Shown here piece after piece: positions 61,594-64,000 of a DNA stretch of 64,000 nucleotides (position 1 is its first letter; every line of letters begins with the position of its first letter). Source of the DNA: Ostreococcus lucimarinus (lineage: Eukaryota); assembly GCA_000092065.1 (NCBI GenBank), contig CP000584.1; one strand, written 5' to 3'. Below the pieces are notes generated by a model, which was given only the letters and a program-made list of their open reading frames with translations, did no database searches and was not told the origin of the DNA. The position numbers and the translations under genes were made by a program.

Positions 61594-62316
61594 ATGCGCC
61601 CGTACGACGCCGACGCCGACGCCTGGGATGACACCGCGCTCGTCCGCGCGTACGACGACGCGATCGCGAGGCACGGCGCGCCGTCGAACGCGCCGACGGC
61701 GCGACGACGAGGCTCGAACGAGGACGAGCGCGCGAACGACGCGCCGACGCGCTCGGGCGACGCGCGGCGCGAGGCGACGCCGCGGTCGAGCGAACACACG
61801 CGCGCGCGGGCGTCGCCGGTGCCGCATTACTACGCCGAGACGTCGTACGGGGACGAGTACGAGTACGAGTACGGCCGTCGCGCGCCGCCGCCGCCGCCGC
61901 CGCCGAGACGAGGCCACGACCCGTACGACGCGTACGGTGGGTACTACGCCGCGCGAGATGAAGACTATGGGTACTTTGAGGATGAGTTTGCGGCGTTCTC
62001 GCCGTTTAGACGCGGAAGAGGACCGCCGCGAGGACCGCCGCGAGGACCGCCGCGAGGACCGCCGCCGTCGCCCGGCGAATACGGTGGGTATCCTCATCGC
62101 GCGCCGCCGATGACGCCGCGAGGGATTCGCGCGACGCCACCGCGCGCGCCTCCGGATATGACGGAGTCCGCGCTCGAGACGGCGCGGTCGTACGAAGACG
62201 ACGGGTACGACCCGGACGAGCTCGCGAATTTACTCTTGAGTTGGTACTACGCGGGGTACTACACGGGAAGTTTTTCCCGACAGCCCCCGCCGCAGCCGTC
62301 GTCGTATCCGGGATGA
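61594..62316 (+). CDS. SMN: SMN (survival motor neuron)-like protein, Tudor-less, with an N-terminal Gemin2-binding motif and a C-terminal YG box
   Basis: WDDTALVRAYDDAIARH compares with human SMN WDDTALIKAYDKAVASF. At the C-terminus, ELANLLLSWYYAGYYTGSF compares with the SMN YG box MLISWYMSGYHTGYY. In between there are Pro-rich tracts (PPPPPPP, GPPRGPPRGPPRGPP). It starts only 90 bp after the HECT gene stop. Confidence 0.65.
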   Translation: MRPYDADADAWDDTALVRAYDDAIARHGAPSNAPTARRRGSNEDERANDAPTRSGDARREATPRSSEHTRARASPVPHYYAETSYGDEYEYEYGRRAPPPPPPPRRGHDPYDAYGGYYAARDEDYGYFEDEFAAFSPFRRGRGPPRGPPRGPPRGPPPSPGEYGGYPHRAPPMTPRGIRATPPRAPPDMTESALETARSYEDDGYDPDELANLLLSWYYAGYYTGSFSRQPPPQPSSYPG

Positions 62317-62407
62317 GGACGAAGTTCATCGTAGAAAGTTAATATAGATGTTGTTATACCGTTCGAACGCGCTAAGCGGCGTAGTACCACGGACAGGACG
62401 GGCGCGC

Positions 62408-62914
62408 CTAGTAGAGGTCGCGTTCCGTGTTCACGGAATTCTTCATCGACGCCGACGCTATTCTCGCCTTGTCTTCAAGCTTCTTCTGTTTCGCCCTCTC
62501 TCGTTTGCGCTCATTCTTCCTCTGCGATTTCGACTTCTCCGCCCCTCCGTCGCCGTTGTCTCCTCCGTTCCCCTCCGTCGCCGGCTTCGGTTTCGGAATC
62601 GTCTTCACCCCCTTCGCCGTCGGTTTCGCCACGCTCTCGACCGCGGCTTCCATCTCTTTCACCATCGCGTCGTCCACCTTGGACGGTTTCGCGATCGGCG
62701 TTCCCGGAGCGTCGCCTCCTTTCCCGCGTTTGCCGCCGCCGCCGGCTTTCGGGCTCAGGCTCACCTCTTGAAAATCGCTCGCCGCCGCGCCCTTCGCGCC
62801 CTTCGCCGCCGCCGCGCTCTCGGGCGCTTTCGCCTCGCTCGACGACTTGCCGGACGTCGCGTCCGCGTCGACCGTCGGCGCGTCCACGGCGGGTTTGGAG
62901 CTCAAACAACCCAT
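62408..62914 (-). CDS. Small hypothetical N-myristoylated/palmitoylated (MGCLSSK) Lys/Ala/Gly-rich protein
   Basis: The ATG is confirmed (cat at 62912-62914). The 168-aa ORF has an MGCxxS dual-acylation motif, a low-complexity charged body, and coding-like GC3. I recognise no homolog. Confidence 0.45.
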   Translation of the reverse strand: MGCLSSKPAVDAPTVDADATSGKSSSEAKAPESAAAAKGAKGAAASDFQEVSLSPKAGGGGKRGKGGDAPGTPIAKPSKVDDAMVKEMEAAVESVAKPTAKGVKTIPKPKPATEGNGGDNGDGGAEKSKSQRKNERKRERAKQKKLEDKARIASASMKNSVNTERDLY

Positions 62915-63196
62915 CGCGAGGGTTCGTCGGGGACGCGATCGAACGGTCGACGCGCGCGCGAGTCCTCGCGGTGCGCGCTCGAGCGCGCGCGCGCGCGTCG
63001 CACGCGCGTTTTACGACGCGACTGACCGCTCGCGGGCGTCGCGCGACGTCGAGACGTCGCGGTGTGGGGCGCGAACGGCCGAATGTGAGCAGAGGGGAAA
63101 CAGCGCGCCGACGCGGCGAGACGCGAATCGACGACGAAGGGCGGCGTCGCGGGTCGTGATTACAATTCGACGCGTTTTCGGAGACGCCGTCGGGCG

Positions 63197-64000
63197 CTAA
63201 GAATCGGCGCCAAACGTCGGTCTCGCGGGCGTGGGCTGGGCGAATTCGGCAAAGGCGAGGCGCAAATTTTGCAGCTCGCGGAGCGTCGGACTGGCGCTCT
63301 GGTCGGCGCGCGACGACTTGGGCGGCGGCGTCGGGAACGGGGCGAGGCTGGCGCGCGCCGGTGGCGCGATTTCGGAAGTTTGCGTCGATGATTCGCGAGC
63401 GGTCGTTCGGGCGTGAATTTCACGCACGGCGAGCTCGGATTCGCGGCGGCGGAGCTCGCGGCGAGAGTGCTCGGCGACGCGAGCGCTCGCCTCGGCGTTC
63501 CGGCGCGCGTCGGCGCACAGCTCGGTGATGGTTTCGGTGGCTTCTTCCGCGGCGACGGCGCGACGCTCGGCCATGGTGGCGCGAGATTCGGCCTGAGCGA
63601 GGTGTAAGCGGTACACCTCCGCGGCTTCCTCGGCGATGGCGTACGCCTCCGAGGTTTCCTCCCGCGCTTCCGCGGCGGCGGAGACGGCGCGCTTGAGCGA
63701 AAACACCACCGCGTGCGTCAAAGCGCACATGCGCGCCATGAGCTCGCGCAGCGTCACCGCGTGCTCTTCATCGTCGACGAGTTCGACGGCTTCGAGCCAG
63801 CGCACGAGCTGCTCGAGCGTGGGATCGGGATCGCGCAAATCCGCCGCCGCCGCCGACCACGAACGTTTCGTCTCGACGTCGTCCTCATCCGTCGACATCG
63901 CCGCGTCGTCCACGGAGGCCAGCTCGCTCGCGCGCTCTAAGACCATCATCACTCGCTTCATGAGCTCGACGACGGTCGAATACGCTTCGCTCTGCGCCAC
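63197..64000 (-). CDS. Hypothetical coiled-coil protein, 5' partial, running off the window end
   Basis: This Ala/Glu/Arg-rich helical ORF is on the opposite strand of short Arg-run ORFs. The N-terminus is not in the window, and the listed first codon is a non-ATG. Confidence 0.3.
   Translation of the reverse strand: MAQSEAYSTVVELMKRVMMVLERASELASVDDAAMSTDEDDVETKRSWSAAAADLRDPDPTLEQLVRWLEAVELVDDEEHAVTLRELMARMCALTHAVVFSLKRAVSAAAEAREETSEAYAIAEEAAEVYRLHLAQAESRATMAERRAVAAEEATETITELCADARRNAEASARVAEHSRRELRRRESELAVREIHARTTARESSTQTSEIAPPARASLAPFPTPPPKSSRADQSASPTLRELQNLRLAFAEFAQPTPARPTFGADS

Noticed and set aside
1-64000. Search for prokaryotic-style elements: CRISPR arrays, defence operons, rRNA/tRNA genes, IS elements
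   Set aside because: I saw no direct-repeat/spacer arrays, no operon organisation and no recognisable rRNA. Gene structure (introns, presequences, TGTAA signals, eukaryote-specific proteins such as GCP4, SmD1, SMN, HECT and Vti1) shows this is eukaryotic nuclear DNA. I could not exclude tRNA genes by eye, but none was recognised.

Overview
This is a GC-rich (about 65-70%), very gene-dense nuclear segment from a photosynthetic eukaryote, not a prokaryote. It holds roughly 30 protein-coding genes in 64 kb. Most are single-exon ORFs of 300-1400 aa, separated by 50-400 bp on both strands. At least one gene (SmD1) shows a demonstrable spliceosomal intron, and the Vti1 SNARE gene probably has one too. 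Genes recognisable from the translations include an ACT-domain alpha-glucan phosphorylase, GCP4, an M20/ILR1-like amidohydrolase, an SSF-like transporter, a tRNA-dihydrouridine synthase, an LRR/EF-hand protein, an ABC1/ADCK kinase, MSH3 and an RMT2-like arginine methyltransferase. Also present are a plastid-type signal peptidase I, squalene synthase, Mg-chelatase subunit H (ChlH), an ERCC6/Rad26-like SNF2 ATPase, an exosome RNase-PH subunit and an OSCA/CSC1/TMEM63-type channel. The rest are DHX8/Prp22, an OCRL-like inositol 5-phosphatase, Vti1, PGRL1, SmD1, an ankyrin-HECT E3 ligase and an SMN-like protein. Several genes have N-terminal Arg/Ser/Thr/Ala-rich presequences typical of organelle targeting (ChlH, PGRL1, signal peptidase, phosphorylase, ABC1 kinase). 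A TGTAA motif sits at or just after many stop codons, which is the chlorophyte polyadenylation signal. Compact genes, high GC, TGTAA and short GC-rich introns together fit a Mamiellophyceae-like green alga (for example Micromonas-like), but that is inference only. Because of GC3 bias the six-frame track contains many long Arg-rich antisense or off-frame ORFs, one of 915 aa antisense to ChlH, and I treat these as artefacts. The track also uses non-ATG starts, for example the listed DHX8 ORF begins at a TTG. I see no prokaryotic defence island, CRISPR array, rRNA or obvious transposon. The most interesting items are the ACT-phosphorylase fusion, a codon-usage outlier encoding a large Cys-rich surface protein, and the SMN-like/SmD1 neighbourhood with its intron. 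There are also telomere-like and palindromic motifs in one intergenic region and several exact tandem duplications.
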